Under the pieces are notes generated by a model. The model saw only the letters and a list, made by a program, of their open reading frames with translations. It made no database searches and had not been told where the DNA came from. A DNA stretch of 64,000 nucleotides from Candidatus Latescibacterota bacterium. Lineage in GTDB: Bacteria > Latescibacterota > UBA2968 > UBA8231. The position numbers and the translations under genes are program-made. Below are positions 11,444 through 20,908 of this stretch, piece after piece (the stretch's first letter is position 1; each line of letters opens with the position of its first letter). The DNA lies in contig OZ242214.1 in NCBI GenBank assembly GCA_965206595.1, positions 3,968,001 through 4,032,000 of the forward strand, written 5' to 3'.

Positions 11444-11903
11444 TGTGCCCCTCCATTTTGCTGGCGGCCGGGGCGGAACCAGCCTCTCCGGCAGGTCGAA
11501 TCTCCGTGATCTCGATCCCGGTCAGGCCTCCCGAGGACCACAGGATCCCCTCGACGCTCACAGCCTGGCCGAGGTGCGGCAGCACAACTTCCTTCGGGTC
11601 GGCATGCCCGGAGGGCAGCACGACGAAAAGGTTCCCCGTCCTCTCCTCGAGGAAGGCCATCGGCATCCCGAGGTTGGCGCAGTAGACGGCGCACTTGGTG
11701 TGCTCCGGCCCGCTGGAGTCGTGGCGGAAGTAGCAGGCGATGTCGACGATCTCCCCCTGCATGGAAGCGGTATCGGCGACGGCCGCCTCGGCCGCCTCCG
11801 CCTTCTGGGTGGAGGCCTTGTCCTCGTGCACCGAGCACTGACTGCCTGTCGCTGCGGCCGGCAGGGCGATGGCGAGGATGGCGGCGAATCGGAAGCGTTT
11901 CAT
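11433..11903 (-). CDS. Exported Cys/His-motif protein (putative periplasmic metal-binding, OB-fold-like)
   Basis: Signal peptide MKRFRFAAILAIALPAAA; GEIVDIACY...HTKCAVYCANLGMP; ATGA overlap with the cusA stop. Confidence 0.8.
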   Translation of the reverse strand: MKRFRFAAILAIALPAAATGSQCSVHEDKASTQKAEAAEAAVADTASMQGEIVDIACYFRHDSSGPEHTKCAVYCANLGMPMAFLEERTGNLFVVLPSGHADPKEVVLPHLGQAVSVEGILWSSGGLTGIEITEIRPAGEAGSAPAASKMEGHSDH

Positions 11904-14900
11904 GCTTTCACTCCTTCGTTGTGGGTGTGTGTATCCGTTGTCGGTTTGGCGCGGTCCCGCATCTGCAGGCCGCGCCAGAGCGTGTAAACGGCCGGCAGCA
12001 CCAGCAGCGCTAACAGTGTAGCGGTCGCCAGCCCCCCTACCATCGGGGCGGCTATCCGCTTCATCACCTGGGACCCTGTTCCCGAGGCCCACATGATCGG
12101 CAGCAGGCCGCCGACCGTCGAGCCTACGGTCATGAAGATCGGCCGCACCCGCCTCGAGGCCCCGTCGACGACGGCCGCGGCGAGATCGCCCGGGCTTTCG
12201 AGCCCGCCCTCCCTGCGGCGGCTTTCGAGCGCCTGGTCGAGGTAGGTCAGCATGACCACCCCGAGCTCGGCGCTGACCCCGGCGAGGGCGATGAACCCCA
12301 CGCCGACGGCGATGCTCATGTTGTAACCGAGCAGGTAGATGAGCCAGATCCCCCCGACCAGGGCGAAGGGGAGCGTCAACATCACCATCAGGCTCTCGGC
12401 GACGCTGCGAAAGTGGAGATACAGGAGCAGGAAGATGATGGCAAGCGTCACCGGAACGACGAGGCTCAGCCGCTGTTTGGCCCTCTCCATGTATTCGTAC
12501 TGGCCGCTCCAGACGAGGCTGTACCCAGGCGGCAGGTCGATCTGCTCGCCGACGGCCTGCCGCGCCTTCTCGACGTAGCTGCCGACGTCGACGTCGCGGA
12601 TGTCGATGTAGACCCAGGCGTTGAGGCGCGCGTTCTCGCTCTTGATGCCGGACGGCCCCTTGCTGAAGCGCAGGTCGGCGACCTGCCCGATGGGGATCTG
12701 CGCCCCCGTTGGCGTGGCCACCAGCACCCGCCGCAGGGCCGGCAGGTTGTCGCGCAGCTCCCGTCCGTAGCGCAGGTTGACCGGGTAGCGCTCGCGCCCC
12801 TCGACGGTGTAGGTAACGTTGACGCCGCCCATGGCCGACAGGATCACGTCCTGCACGTCGCCGACCGTCAGGCCGTAGCGCGCCGCCTCCTCGCGGTCGA
12901 TCTCGAAGTCGACGTAGTTGCCTCCGACGACCCGCTCGGCGTAGACGCTGGCGGTGCCGGGAAGCTCGCGCACCACCTGCTCGATCCGCCGGCCGACCTG
13001 CTCGAGGGTTTCGAGATCGTCGCCGGCGACCTTGATGCCTACGGGGGTCTTGATGCCGGTCGAGAGCATGTCGATGCGCGTCTTGATCGGCATGGTCCAG
13101 GAGTTGGTGAGGCCGGGAAAGCGGACCGCGGCGTCGAGCTCCCTGACCAGCTTCTCCGGGGTCATGCCCGGCCGCCACTCCTCCTGCGGCCGCAGGGTGA
13201 TTGTGGTCTCGATCATCGACAGCGGCGCCGGGTCGGTGGCGGTCTCGGCGCGGCCCACCTTGCCGAACACGTTCTCCACTTCGGGGAAGCTGCGGATGAT
13301 CCGGTCGGTCTGCTGCAGCAGCTCCCGCGCCTTTCTCACGGACACCCCCGGCAGGGTCGTCGGCATGTAGAGCAGGTCCCCCTCGTACAGGGGCGGCATG
13401 AACTCCGACCCGATCATCTCGAAGGGAAAGAGCCGCTGCAGGCGCTGGAGCGCCTGGTGCGCGAAGCTTCCGGGCCGGTCGGCGAAGCGCTCGACGACGG
13501 CGCTGCGGAAGGGAAACAGCGACACGAACATCACCGCCGCGGCGGCGGCGAGCACCGCGGCCTTGTGGCGCAGCAGCCAGCCCAGGACCGACGCGTACCC
13601 CCGGGTCAGCAGGCGGTTGAGGGGGTTGCGGTCCGCGTTGACGACGCGGCCGCGCAGGCAGAAGCCGATCAGCACCGGCACCACCGTGATCGACAGGATG
13701 GCGGCGGCGGCCATGGCGTAGGTCTTGGTGTAGGCCAGCGGCTTGAACAGCCGCCCTTCCTGCGCCTCCAGGGCGAAAACCGGCAGGAAGGACAGGGTGA
13801 CGATCAGCAGCGAGTAGAACAGCGCCGGCCCCACTTCCTTCGAAGCGTTGGCGATGATCTCCCAGTGGCCCTTGCGCCCGGCGTCCCGCGCCAGGTGCCG
13901 GTGGGCGTTCTCGATCTGCACGATGCCGGCGTCGACCATGGCGCCGACGGCGATGGCGATCCCCCCGAGCGACATGATGTTGGCGTTGATGCCCTGGCCC
14001 CACATGACGATGAAGGAGACGAGAATGCCCAGGGGCAGCGTGATGACGGCGGCGAAGGCGCTGCGGAAGTGGAGGAGGAAGAGCGCGCATACCGCGACCA
14101 CCACGAGGCACTCCTCTATCAGCTTCTCCTGCAGATGGCCGACGGCGCGGCGGATGAGCCCGGAGCGGTCGTAGGCGGTCTCCACGACCACCCCTTCCGG
14201 AAGGCCGGCCTCGAGCTCTTCGAGCCTCTCCTTGACGGCGTCGATCACCTTCAGGGCGTTCTCGCCGTAGCGCATCACCACGATGCCGCCGGCGACCTCT
14301 CCTTCGCCGTTCCACTCCGCCAGGCCGCGGCGCAGCTCCGGCCCCACCTGCACGGTGGCGACGTCGCGCACCCGCACCGGCGTCCCGGAGCTGCCGGCGC
14401 TCACCGGCACGTTGCGGATGTCCTCGAGCGACCGGATGTACCCGAGCCCGCGCACCATGAACTCGGTCTCGGCCAGCTCGATGAGGCGGCCGCCGACGTC
14501 GCTGTTGCTGCGCCGGATCGCGGCCCCGACCTGCTGCAGGGGAACCCCGTAGGCCAGCAGCTTGTTGGGGTCGACGGTCACCTGGTACTGCTTGACGAAG
14601 CCGCCGATGCTCGCGACCTCGGCGACCCCGGGCACGCTGGTCAGCTCGTAGCGCAGGTACCAGTCCTGGATCGAGCGCAGCTCGGCGAGGTCGCGGCGGC
14701 CGCTGGTGTCGACCAGGGCGTACTCGTACACCCAGCCGACCCCGGTGGCGTCCGGACCGAGCCTGGGCAGCACCCCTGCCGGCAGGCGGTCCCCGGCGAA
14801 GTTCAGGTACTCGAGCACGCGGCTGCGCGCCCAGTAGATGTCGGTGCCGTCCTCGAAAATGACGTAGACGAAGGAGAGCCCGAAGAAGGAGTACCCCCTC

Positions 14901-15145
14901 ACCGCCTTGGCGAACGGCACCGCCAGCATCGCCGTGCTCAGCGGAAAGGTCACCTGGTCCTCGACCACCTGCGGGGCCTGTCCCGGGTACTCGCTGTACA
15001 CGATCACCTGCACGTCCGACAGGTCGGGGATGGCGTCGAGCGGGGTGTCGGACATGGCGAGGAAACCGGCCGCCGCGGCCAGCAGGGCCAGAAGCAGGGT
15101 CAGCAGCTTGTTGCCGACGCAGGCCTCGATGACTCGGCCTATCAT
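11900..15145 (-). CDS. cusA: CusA/CzcA family heavy-metal efflux RND permease
   Basis: LDAIPDLSDVQVI, NIMSLGGIAIAVGAMVDA, GSEFMPPL.EGDLLYMP, DPAPLSMIET, WTMPIKTRIDML, RIAAPMVGG; Met motifs typical of Cu(I)/Ag(I) CusA. ATG 15145 overlaps the cusB stop. Confidence 0.93.
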   Translation of the reverse strand: MIGRVIEACVGNKLLTLLLALLAAAAGFLAMSDTPLDAIPDLSDVQVIVYSEYPGQAPQVVEDQVTFPLSTAMLAVPFAKAVRGYSFFGLSFVYVIFEDGTDIYWARSRVLEYLNFAGDRLPAGVLPRLGPDATGVGWVYEYALVDTSGRRDLAELRSIQDWYLRYELTSVPGVAEVASIGGFVKQYQVTVDPNKLLAYGVPLQQVGAAIRRSNSDVGGRLIELAETEFMVRGLGYIRSLEDIRNVPVSAGSSGTPVRVRDVATVQVGPELRRGLAEWNGEGEVAGGIVVMRYGENALKVIDAVKERLEELEAGLPEGVVVETAYDRSGLIRRAVGHLQEKLIEECLVVVAVCALFLLHFRSAFAAVITLPLGILVSFIVMWGQGINANIMSLGGIAIAVGAMVDAGIVQIENAHRHLARDAGRKGHWEIIANASKEVGPALFYSLLIVTLSFLPVFALEAQEGRLFKPLAYTKTYAMAAAAILSITVVPVLIGFCLRGRVVNADRNPLNRLLTRGYASVLGWLLRHKAAVLAAAAAVMFVSLFPFRSAVVERFADRPGSFAHQALQRLQRLFPFEMIGSEFMPPLYEGDLLYMPTTLPGVSVRKARELLQQTDRIIRSFPEVENVFGKVGRAETATDPAPLSMIETTITLRPQEEWRPGMTPEKLVRELDAAVRFPGLTNSWTMPIKTRIDMLSTGIKTPVGIKVAGDDLETLEQVGRRIEQVVRELPGTASVYAERVVGGNYVDFEIDREEAARYGLTVGDVQDVILSAMGGVNVTYTVEGRERYPVNLRYGRELRDNLPALRRVLVATPTGAQIPIGQVADLRFSKGPSGIKSENARLNAWVYIDIRDVDVGSYVEKARQAVGEQIDLPPGYSLVWSGQYEYMERAKQRLSLVVPVTLAIIFLLLYLHFRSVAESLMVMLTLPFALVGGIWLIYLLGYNMSIAVGVGFIALAGVSAELGVVMLTYLDQALESRRREGGLESPGDLAAAVVDGASRRVRPIFMTVGSTVGGLLPIMWASGTGSQVMKRIAAPMVGGLATATLLALLVLPAVYTLWRGLQMRDRAKPTTDTHTHNEGVKA

Positions 15146-16539
15146 CACGCACCCTCCCGCATGGACCGGACCGCGGCCTTGAGGTTGCTCTCCGAGTCGA
15201 TCAGGAACTGCGCCGAGGTGACGATCCGCTCCCCTTCGCGGAGGCCGTCGAGCACCTCGTAGAAGCCCTCCGCCTCCGCTCCGACGCGGATCTCGCGCGG
15301 CTGGAAGCGGCCCTCGCCGAGGCTGACGACGGCGAGGCGGCGCGCCCCGGAGTGGATCACCGCCTGCACCGGAACCGCGACGACGCGCTCCTCCGGAAGG
15401 GGCGAGCGGATGGTGACGTTGGCGTACATCTCCGGCTTCAGCTCGAGTCCGGGGTTGGGCAAGGTCACGCGCACCTTCACGGTCCGCGTCTTCGCTTCGA
15501 GGAAGGGGTAGACGTAGGTGACCTTGCCGGTGAAGGTCTTCCCGGGCAGGTAGGGCAGCTCGACCACGGCCTCCTGCCCCTCCCGCACCCACGGCAGCTC
15601 GTACTCGTAGATGTCGGCGTAAACCCAGACATGCGACAGCTCGGCGATGCGGTAGAGGTGCTGCCCCCGGGCGATGTGCTGACCGTCGAACACCGCCTTG
15701 TGAACCACGGTCCCCTGCTGCGGGGAGTGCACGGTCATGGTGCGCCGCACCGACCCGGTCTCCCGCAGCTCGTCTATCTGCCGGTCGCTGATGTCCCAGT
15801 AGCGCAGCCGCTGCAGCGACGCCGACAGCAGGTCGCGCGCCCCTGCGAGGGCGTCGCCCTCCGCGCCCTCCGCGCCCTCCGCGCCGGCGCGGAGGCGCGC
15901 GCTGTAGTCGACCGCGGTCAGAAACTCCTCCTGGGCAGCCACCAGCTCCGGGCTGTAGATCTGCAGCAACGGCTCTCCTTTCCCGACCATCTGCCCGGTG
16001 TAGTCGACGAACAGCTTCTCCACCCAGCCGGCGATCTTGGTGTTGACGTCCGTCATGCGCGTCTCGTCGTAGTCGACGCGGCCGACGGTGCGCAGGGTGC
16101 GGTGCAGAATCCGGCGCTCCACCGCCGCGGTCTTCACCCCGATGTTCTGCACCGTCGCAGCATCGATGGTCACCGTGCCCTCGGCTTCCAGCTCGTCCTC
16201 GTACACCGGCACCAGGTCCATCCCCATCGGAGACTTTCCCGGCTCCGGGGAGGTGTACGACGGGTCCATCGGCGCCCGCCAGTAGGCGATGACGCGTTCG
16301 CCTCCGGAGGCGCTGCCTCCGGCCGGCTCGTCGGCCACCAGGTCCATGCCGCAGATCGGGCAACTGCCCGGACCGTCGGAGACCACGGTCGGGTGCATGG
16401 GACAGCGGTACACGGAGGCTTCCTCATGTTGGGCGTACGACTGCATTTCGAATGCGCCCCCCAGCCACAGGCCGAGACCGAGCCCGGCGGCCAGCGACAG
16501 GACGACGGCGATTCCGTATTTCCACATGGCGGTCTTCAT
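15145..16539 (-). CDS. cusB: CusB-like RND periplasmic adaptor with heavy-metal-binding domains
   Basis: YRCPMHP..GSCPICGMDL and YWRAPMDP..PGKSPMGMDL; YSPELVAAQEE; LKPEMYA; SAQFLIDSES. Confidence 0.92.
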   Translation of the reverse strand: MKTAMWKYGIAVVLSLAAGLGLGLWLGGAFEMQSYAQHEEASVYRCPMHPTVVSDGPGSCPICGMDLVADEPAGGSASGGERVIAYWRAPMDPSYTSPEPGKSPMGMDLVPVYEDELEAEGTVTIDAATVQNIGVKTAAVERRILHRTLRTVGRVDYDETRMTDVNTKIAGWVEKLFVDYTGQMVGKGEPLLQIYSPELVAAQEEFLTAVDYSARLRAGAEGAEGAEGDALAGARDLLSASLQRLRYWDISDRQIDELRETGSVRRTMTVHSPQQGTVVHKAVFDGQHIARGQHLYRIAELSHVWVYADIYEYELPWVREGQEAVVELPYLPGKTFTGKVTYVYPFLEAKTRTVKVRVTLPNPGLELKPEMYANVTIRSPLPEERVVAVPVQAVIHSGARRLAVVSLGEGRFQPREIRVGAEAEGFYEVLDGLREGERIVTSAQFLIDSESNLKAAVRSMREGA

Positions 16540-16712
16540 GTTCTTTCCTCCCGCAGTGCTCGAGCCAGCAGGTAGTCGCGCTTGCCCCGGAAGTCGAGGC
16601 TCCTTCTCTCACGGCGCGGGACCGGCGCGGGTTGGAGCACCCGCCGGAGCGAGCGCGGCAGCGGGCACGGATGTATCGGCGCCTTTGCGGGAATGGTTTT
16701 GTCGGCGAGCAT
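16536..16712 (-). CDS. Small basic ORF (58 aa) inside the cus operon
   Basis: ATG overlaps the TolC-like gene stop (TGATG) and its TGA overlaps the cusB ATG (ATGA). Confidence 0.45.
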   Translation of the reverse strand: MLADKTIPAKAPIHPCPLPRSLRRVLQPAPVPRRERRSLDFRGKRDYLLARALREERT

Positions 16713-17968
16713 CAGAAGAGCCTCCTGCCCACGACGGACTCCAGCTGCGCCAGGGTCTTCTCGTATTGCGACAGGTGGCGGTAGTAGTCGATCTCGAAAT
16801 TCAGCAGGGTCACCTGGCTGTCGAGCAGGGTGAGGAAGTCGACCTCGTCGACCTGGTAGCCGGCGATGGCCGCGGCCAGCGACTGGTCGGCCTGGGGAAT
16901 GATCGCGTCGCGGAACAGCGCCATCTCCCGCAGGTGGGTCTCGGCGTCGATCCGCAGCTGCTCGATCTGCAGGGCCAGCTCGCGGCTTTCCGCCTCGAGC
17001 TCCGCCTCGGCCGCCCTGACCTCCGCCCGCGCCGCGGCGATCTCCCGCTGCCTGCGGCCCTGGTAGACCGGCAGGTTCAGCATCACGCCGGCGGAGAAGA
17101 AGTCGCTTCCCGCCACCGCATCCTCCCTGAAGCCGCGCTGGCGCCAGGCGGCGCTGACCTGGAAATCCGGGCGGCGTTCCCGATCCGCCAGCTCCTCGAC
17201 CGCCCGCCAGCGCTCCCGCCTGGCGCGCAGGCGGTTCAGGAGTGGGCGCTCGCCCTGGGCGAGCGCCCACAGCCGGCCCGCGTCGATGTCGAGAGGGGTC
17301 CGCTCGATCGGGGGCGCCCTGCCCACAGGTTCTCCCGGGGGCCGGTTCAGCACCGCGTTCAGCCGGGCGCCGGTCCGCCGCCGTTGCCGCTCCAGCATCA
17401 ACAGGCGGTCGCGCAGGCTCGACAGCGACACCTGCGCCTTGAGCACGTCCTGCTGGGGGCCGCGGGCCACCGAGTACTTGCTCTGCGCGATGCGAACGAA
17501 ATCCTTCAGCAGCGACCGGTTCCTCTCGGCGATGGCGATCGCCCTGTCGAGGAAGCCCAGCTCGTAATAGGCCTGCTTCACCATGTTGGCGACGGTCAGC
17601 TCGCGTTCCCGGTGGGCGCCTGCAACGGCCTCGGCGGCGTGGGAGGCGGCGCGTTCCCGGGCCTTGCGCTTGCCCGGGTAGGGGAGCTTCTGGGACAGGG
17701 TTACCTGGCGGCCGCTCATCGGCGAGCCGTCGAGGTCGAAGGGACTGAAAGGGACGTTGCTCAGCTCCAGCCGGAGCGACGGGTCCTGCAGCGCCCCGGC
17801 GGCGGGGACCCTGGCCTCGGCCGCGGCGGTCCGGTGCTCGAGCGCCTTCAGCCCGGGATTCGCGGCCAGGGCCTCCTCGATCAGGCGCTCGAGGTCGAGC
17901 TCGGGTGGATCAGCGGACGCGGACGCGGCCAGCGCCAGCGCCGCGGCGGCAATGATTCTTCGGTGCAT
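16712..17968 (-). CDS. TolC/CusC family outer-membrane efflux protein
   Basis: Signal peptide MHRRIIAAAALALAASASA; NPGL, SQKLPYPGKR, LNLPVY, AGYQVDEVDFLTLLD. Confidence 0.9.
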   Translation of the reverse strand: MHRRIIAAAALALAASASADPPELDLERLIEEALAANPGLKALEHRTAAAEARVPAAGALQDPSLRLELSNVPFSPFDLDGSPMSGRQVTLSQKLPYPGKRKARERAASHAAEAVAGAHRERELTVANMVKQAYYELGFLDRAIAIAERNRSLLKDFVRIAQSKYSVARGPQQDVLKAQVSLSSLRDRLLMLERQRRRTGARLNAVLNRPPGEPVGRAPPIERTPLDIDAGRLWALAQGERPLLNRLRARRERWRAVEELADRERRPDFQVSAAWRQRGFREDAVAGSDFFSAGVMLNLPVYQGRRQREIAAARAEVRAAEAELEAESRELALQIEQLRIDAETHLREMALFRDAIIPQADQSLAAAIAGYQVDEVDFLTLLDSQVTLLNFEIDYYRHLSQYEKTLAQLESVVGRRLF

Positions 17969-18128
17969 CTTCCTCCTCCTGCAAAAGGCGAACCGCCCGC
18001 GCACCGGGTAGACCGGTACAGGCGGCAATGCGCAGGACTCGCTGCCCGGCCTTCGGTGCAGAACCGGCCTGCGCTTCGCTTGATGCGCTCTGCATCGGCC
18101 GCGGCGGCGCGACGAGAGCGGAGGAGGA

Positions 18129-18509
18129 TCAGATCAGGTAGACGTCGTGGAGGACGTAGAGGGGAACTGCGGCGGGATGCAGCGGGGGCCGGATGCCGGA
18201 AGGACGCGGCGGTGCCGCCCGGGGAGCGCGCTCCGGAGCCTTGGGGGCGAGCGCCGGGGCCGGGGCCTTGGCCGCGGGCAGGTAGCCGTGGCCCGGCTCG
18301 GCGGAAGGCTGCGAATCCTCGGCGCAGGCCAGGGCGGAGCAGCAGAAGCAATCGGCCCGAAGCTGCGGCCGGTCGTCGGCCTGCTGCGGGTGGCAGCCGG
18401 GAGCCGCCTCCACCTGCGCGCAGTGGAGGCAGTACCCCTCCAGGGCGAAACTGGAAGCCGGCAGGGCGGCGACGAGCGCTGCCAGCGCTATGGCTCGGAC
18501 GATTCTCAT
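18129..18509 (-). CDS. Cys/His-rich, Pro-rich exported peptide at the head of the cus operon (putative metal-sensing leader)
   Basis: Signal peptide, CLHC, CH, CFCC, Pro-rich tail RAAPP...IRPP, ending PLYVLHDVYLI. Confidence 0.65.
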   Translation of the reverse strand: MRIVRAIALAALVAALPASSFALEGYCLHCAQVEAAPGCHPQQADDRPQLRADCFCCSALACAEDSQPSAEPGHGYLPAAKAPAPALAPKAPERAPRAAPPRPSGIRPPLHPAAVPLYVLHDVYLI

Positions 18510-18830
18510 CTCAGTTCCGATTTTCGCAACATACCCGTAGCGCCGACGCTCCGCAACCCGGAAGGTTCCTGCCGTTTGGCACTTCAGCGGCTCCTGTCAC
18601 GGCCCTGGAGCGCGCTACCTCCTTCACGGTGCCCCTGTCCGCCAAGTCCACGCGCGGCATCATCCCCGGCGACTGGCGACGATCCGGCTACTTGAAGTAG
18701 AGCAACCGCCGCGTTTGCACTACTTCAGGGTGCCGCAAGACAGTGAGATAGACGCCGACGGCCACCTCTTCGCCCGGCTGGTCGCGGGCGTCCCAGCGGA
18801 GTTGGTAGCATCCGGCGAACTGAAATTGGT

Positions 18831-19979
18831 TCACCAGCGTACGACCTGGTTCGCAAGGGAGTATTGCAGTTGCATCGAGTAGGTGTTGTCGGCGTAGCTC
18901 CGGGTGGGGTCGTTCGAGTCGTTGGTCACAAACGCGTATTCCAGTCGTGCTGCAAGGTTGTCGCGGAGGTCATGCTTAATTCCGAAGCGCAACAGAGTGA
19001 GGTTGTCACGCCGATTGGTGCCTGTCCCGGGCACGATCCAATCCTGGTATAACTTGAAATGATGGCGCGCAGCGAGGCTCGCGTTGGAACGAGCCGCGAA
19101 TCGCCAGATGAAAAAAGACCCTATTCGGTGGTTGGCGAAGTTGAAATCGACATCGTCCGCATCCCCGTTTTGATGGCCGAATTCACCCCTTTGCTCAGGC
19201 TCTCGAGGGAAGGGTGCGTGGCGCGGAAGTTCGCGGGTGGCTAGATCGATTTCGAACTGATATTTCAAATTCAGCAACACCCGCCCCAAGGCCATGCCCT
19301 CAAACCGGAGGCTGGCGGTCTGGCGGATCCCGCCCACGTACTTATTGAGGTCGGATATGATGATTCTCGGGTCGATAACGCCTCGGTACGCGCGGGTCTG
19401 ATAACCGGCGGCAACATGTGCAATCGCGCTGAACCGCCGTCTGAGCCCGCCTTCGACCATGACACTGCTGTAGGTGCTGCCTTTGCTGTTGGGAAAGTAC
19501 TTGATCCTCAACTCGGCACCGAACCGGGACGACCACGACGGGTTCCACCGGATTTGGAGTTGCCCGCTGATATCTTGCTTGAAGTATTCGTTGATGCGGT
19601 CATTGGGTTGGTGCCGCAGGCCGAGGTTGGCGACGGTCAGGAGCGTGGCATCGCGGGAAAGCCTGGGGTGCCAAAGACCCGACAGTAGGTGATCGTAGCG
19701 ATTCTTCCGGGTTGCGTCGGCGAAGCGACGCGGGGCCATCTCATAGCGTACGGCGATGCGCGTATGAGCATCAGGTATGGCCCTGACATCGACCCCTGCC
19801 CATATATACGCGGCAAAATCCCTTTGTTCGCCCCGTTCTGTCGGCACCTGAAAGACATTGTCTTCGTACTGGTAGCGGAGGTCAAAAAAGGACTTGATCC
19901 TCAAGGATGGGTCCGCGAGAACCAGGCACGGGGTATTCAGCGCCATCGACCATATAATAGCTGCTATTCGCAATGACAT
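18831..19979 (-). CDS. Putative outer-membrane beta-barrel protein
   Basis: Signal peptide; YEDNVF near the N-terminus; alternating beta-strand pattern; C-terminal SNDPTRSYADNTYSMQLQY. Confidence 0.65.
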   Translation of the reverse strand: MSLRIAAIIWSMALNTPCLVLADPSLRIKSFFDLRYQYEDNVFQVPTERGEQRDFAAYIWAGVDVRAIPDAHTRIAVRYEMAPRRFADATRKNRYDHLLSGLWHPRLSRDATLLTVANLGLRHQPNDRINEYFKQDISGQLQIRWNPSWSSRFGAELRIKYFPNSKGSTYSSVMVEGGLRRRFSAIAHVAAGYQTRAYRGVIDPRIIISDLNKYVGGIRQTASLRFEGMALGRVLLNLKYQFEIDLATRELPRHAPFPREPEQRGEFGHQNGDADDVDFNFANHRIGSFFIWRFAARSNASLAARHHFKLYQDWIVPGTGTNRRDNLTLLRFGIKHDLRDNLAARLEYAFVTNDSNDPTRSYADNTYSMQLQYSLANQVVRW

Positions 19980-19991
19980 GAAGAGCTACCG

Positions 19992-20885
19992 TCACTTTCC
20001 TTTGAGCATATTCTCGAGTGCCCGGGCGAGATGTATCGCTTTCTCACCCTGGATTTTTTCTTTGGCATACCAGTTCTCGCGTTTGGCGCGCCAAGTTTCC
20101 AGCGCCGATTCCGCATCCGCAATCTCGCCTTCCAATTCGGCGATATCGAGATTGCGGTCGAGATCAAACTCGTCTTCTTCCCCGCGGCGAATGTCGCGGA
20201 GCAACTCCAGCATGTTGCGCCGCAAATCGAGTGCTTTACTGGTTTCGCGGATCTGCCGGTCAAGCTCTCCGATTTTGATCCGTATAATATCCTGTTGGTC
20301 TTGGAGCACGGCCAATTTCTGCTGGATCTCATCGGGGCCGTCGGTTTGCGCGGGGACGACATCCAACGACAACAGCAACTCGCTGGACTCTCTGGCCATT
20401 TGATCCCGGTAGGTTTCTGCTTCCTTCTGAAATTTCAGCATTTCAGAAAGAATCCGGGTCTGGGCCTTGGCGTCTTTGGCGACGCGAGCTTCCCCGAAAA
20501 GCCGCTGGATTTCGGCGTTCAGCAGGCCCACGAGCATGCGTTGCTTGGCGACCGATTCCTCGGTGAGTACATAGATCCGGTCGTCGAGTGCCTGGATCCC
20601 ATCCGACAATTCCCGGGACGCCTGCAGGTCGTCCTGCAACTGACGCTCAAGCAGTCGGTCGCTGCCTTGTTGCAGGTCTTGTTTGGCCGTGCGGATCCTA
20701 GCGGTCAAGAGCTTGTTTTCGCGAATCAGCTTGTTGCTCTCCGCCGAGATGCCTTCGACCTGTTGGGCGAGTCGTTCAATCTGTAATCTCAAGTTATGTA
20801 GGGGTGGTTCCTCTGTGAACGCCGCCGCCGCCGTCCCGATTGAGATAGCGAAAAATAGCAAGAGACACCGCCGGCTAAAAAGCAT
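19992..20885 (-). CDS. Exported coiled-coil hypothetical protein
   Basis: Signal peptide followed by heptad-rich helical sequence; co-oriented with the two-component genes. Confidence 0.7.
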   Translation of the reverse strand: MLFSRRCLLLFFAISIGTAAAAFTEEPPLHNLRLQIERLAQQVEGISAESNKLIRENKLLTARIRTAKQDLQQGSDRLLERQLQDDLQASRELSDGIQALDDRIYVLTEESVAKQRMLVGLLNAEIQRLFGEARVAKDAKAQTRILSEMLKFQKEAETYRDQMARESSELLLSLDVVPAQTDGPDEIQQKLAVLQDQQDIIRIKIGELDRQIRETSKALDLRRNMLELLRDIRRGEEDEFDLDRNLDIAELEGEIADAESALETWRAKRENWYAKEKIQGEKAIHLARALENMLKGK

Positions 20886-20908
20886 GGTCCTGAACGCTCG
20901 CCGAGAGA

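Noticed and set aside
15858-15885. 9-bp tandem repeat (CCCTCCGCG) in cusB
   Set aside because: In-frame AEG linker repeat; length changes would not shift the frame.
11433-16363. Apparent 1487-aa and 1239-aa ORFs suggesting fusions
   Set aside because: Stop-free alternative frames; the real starts are ATG 15145 (cusA) and ATG 11903, each overlapping the upstream stop.
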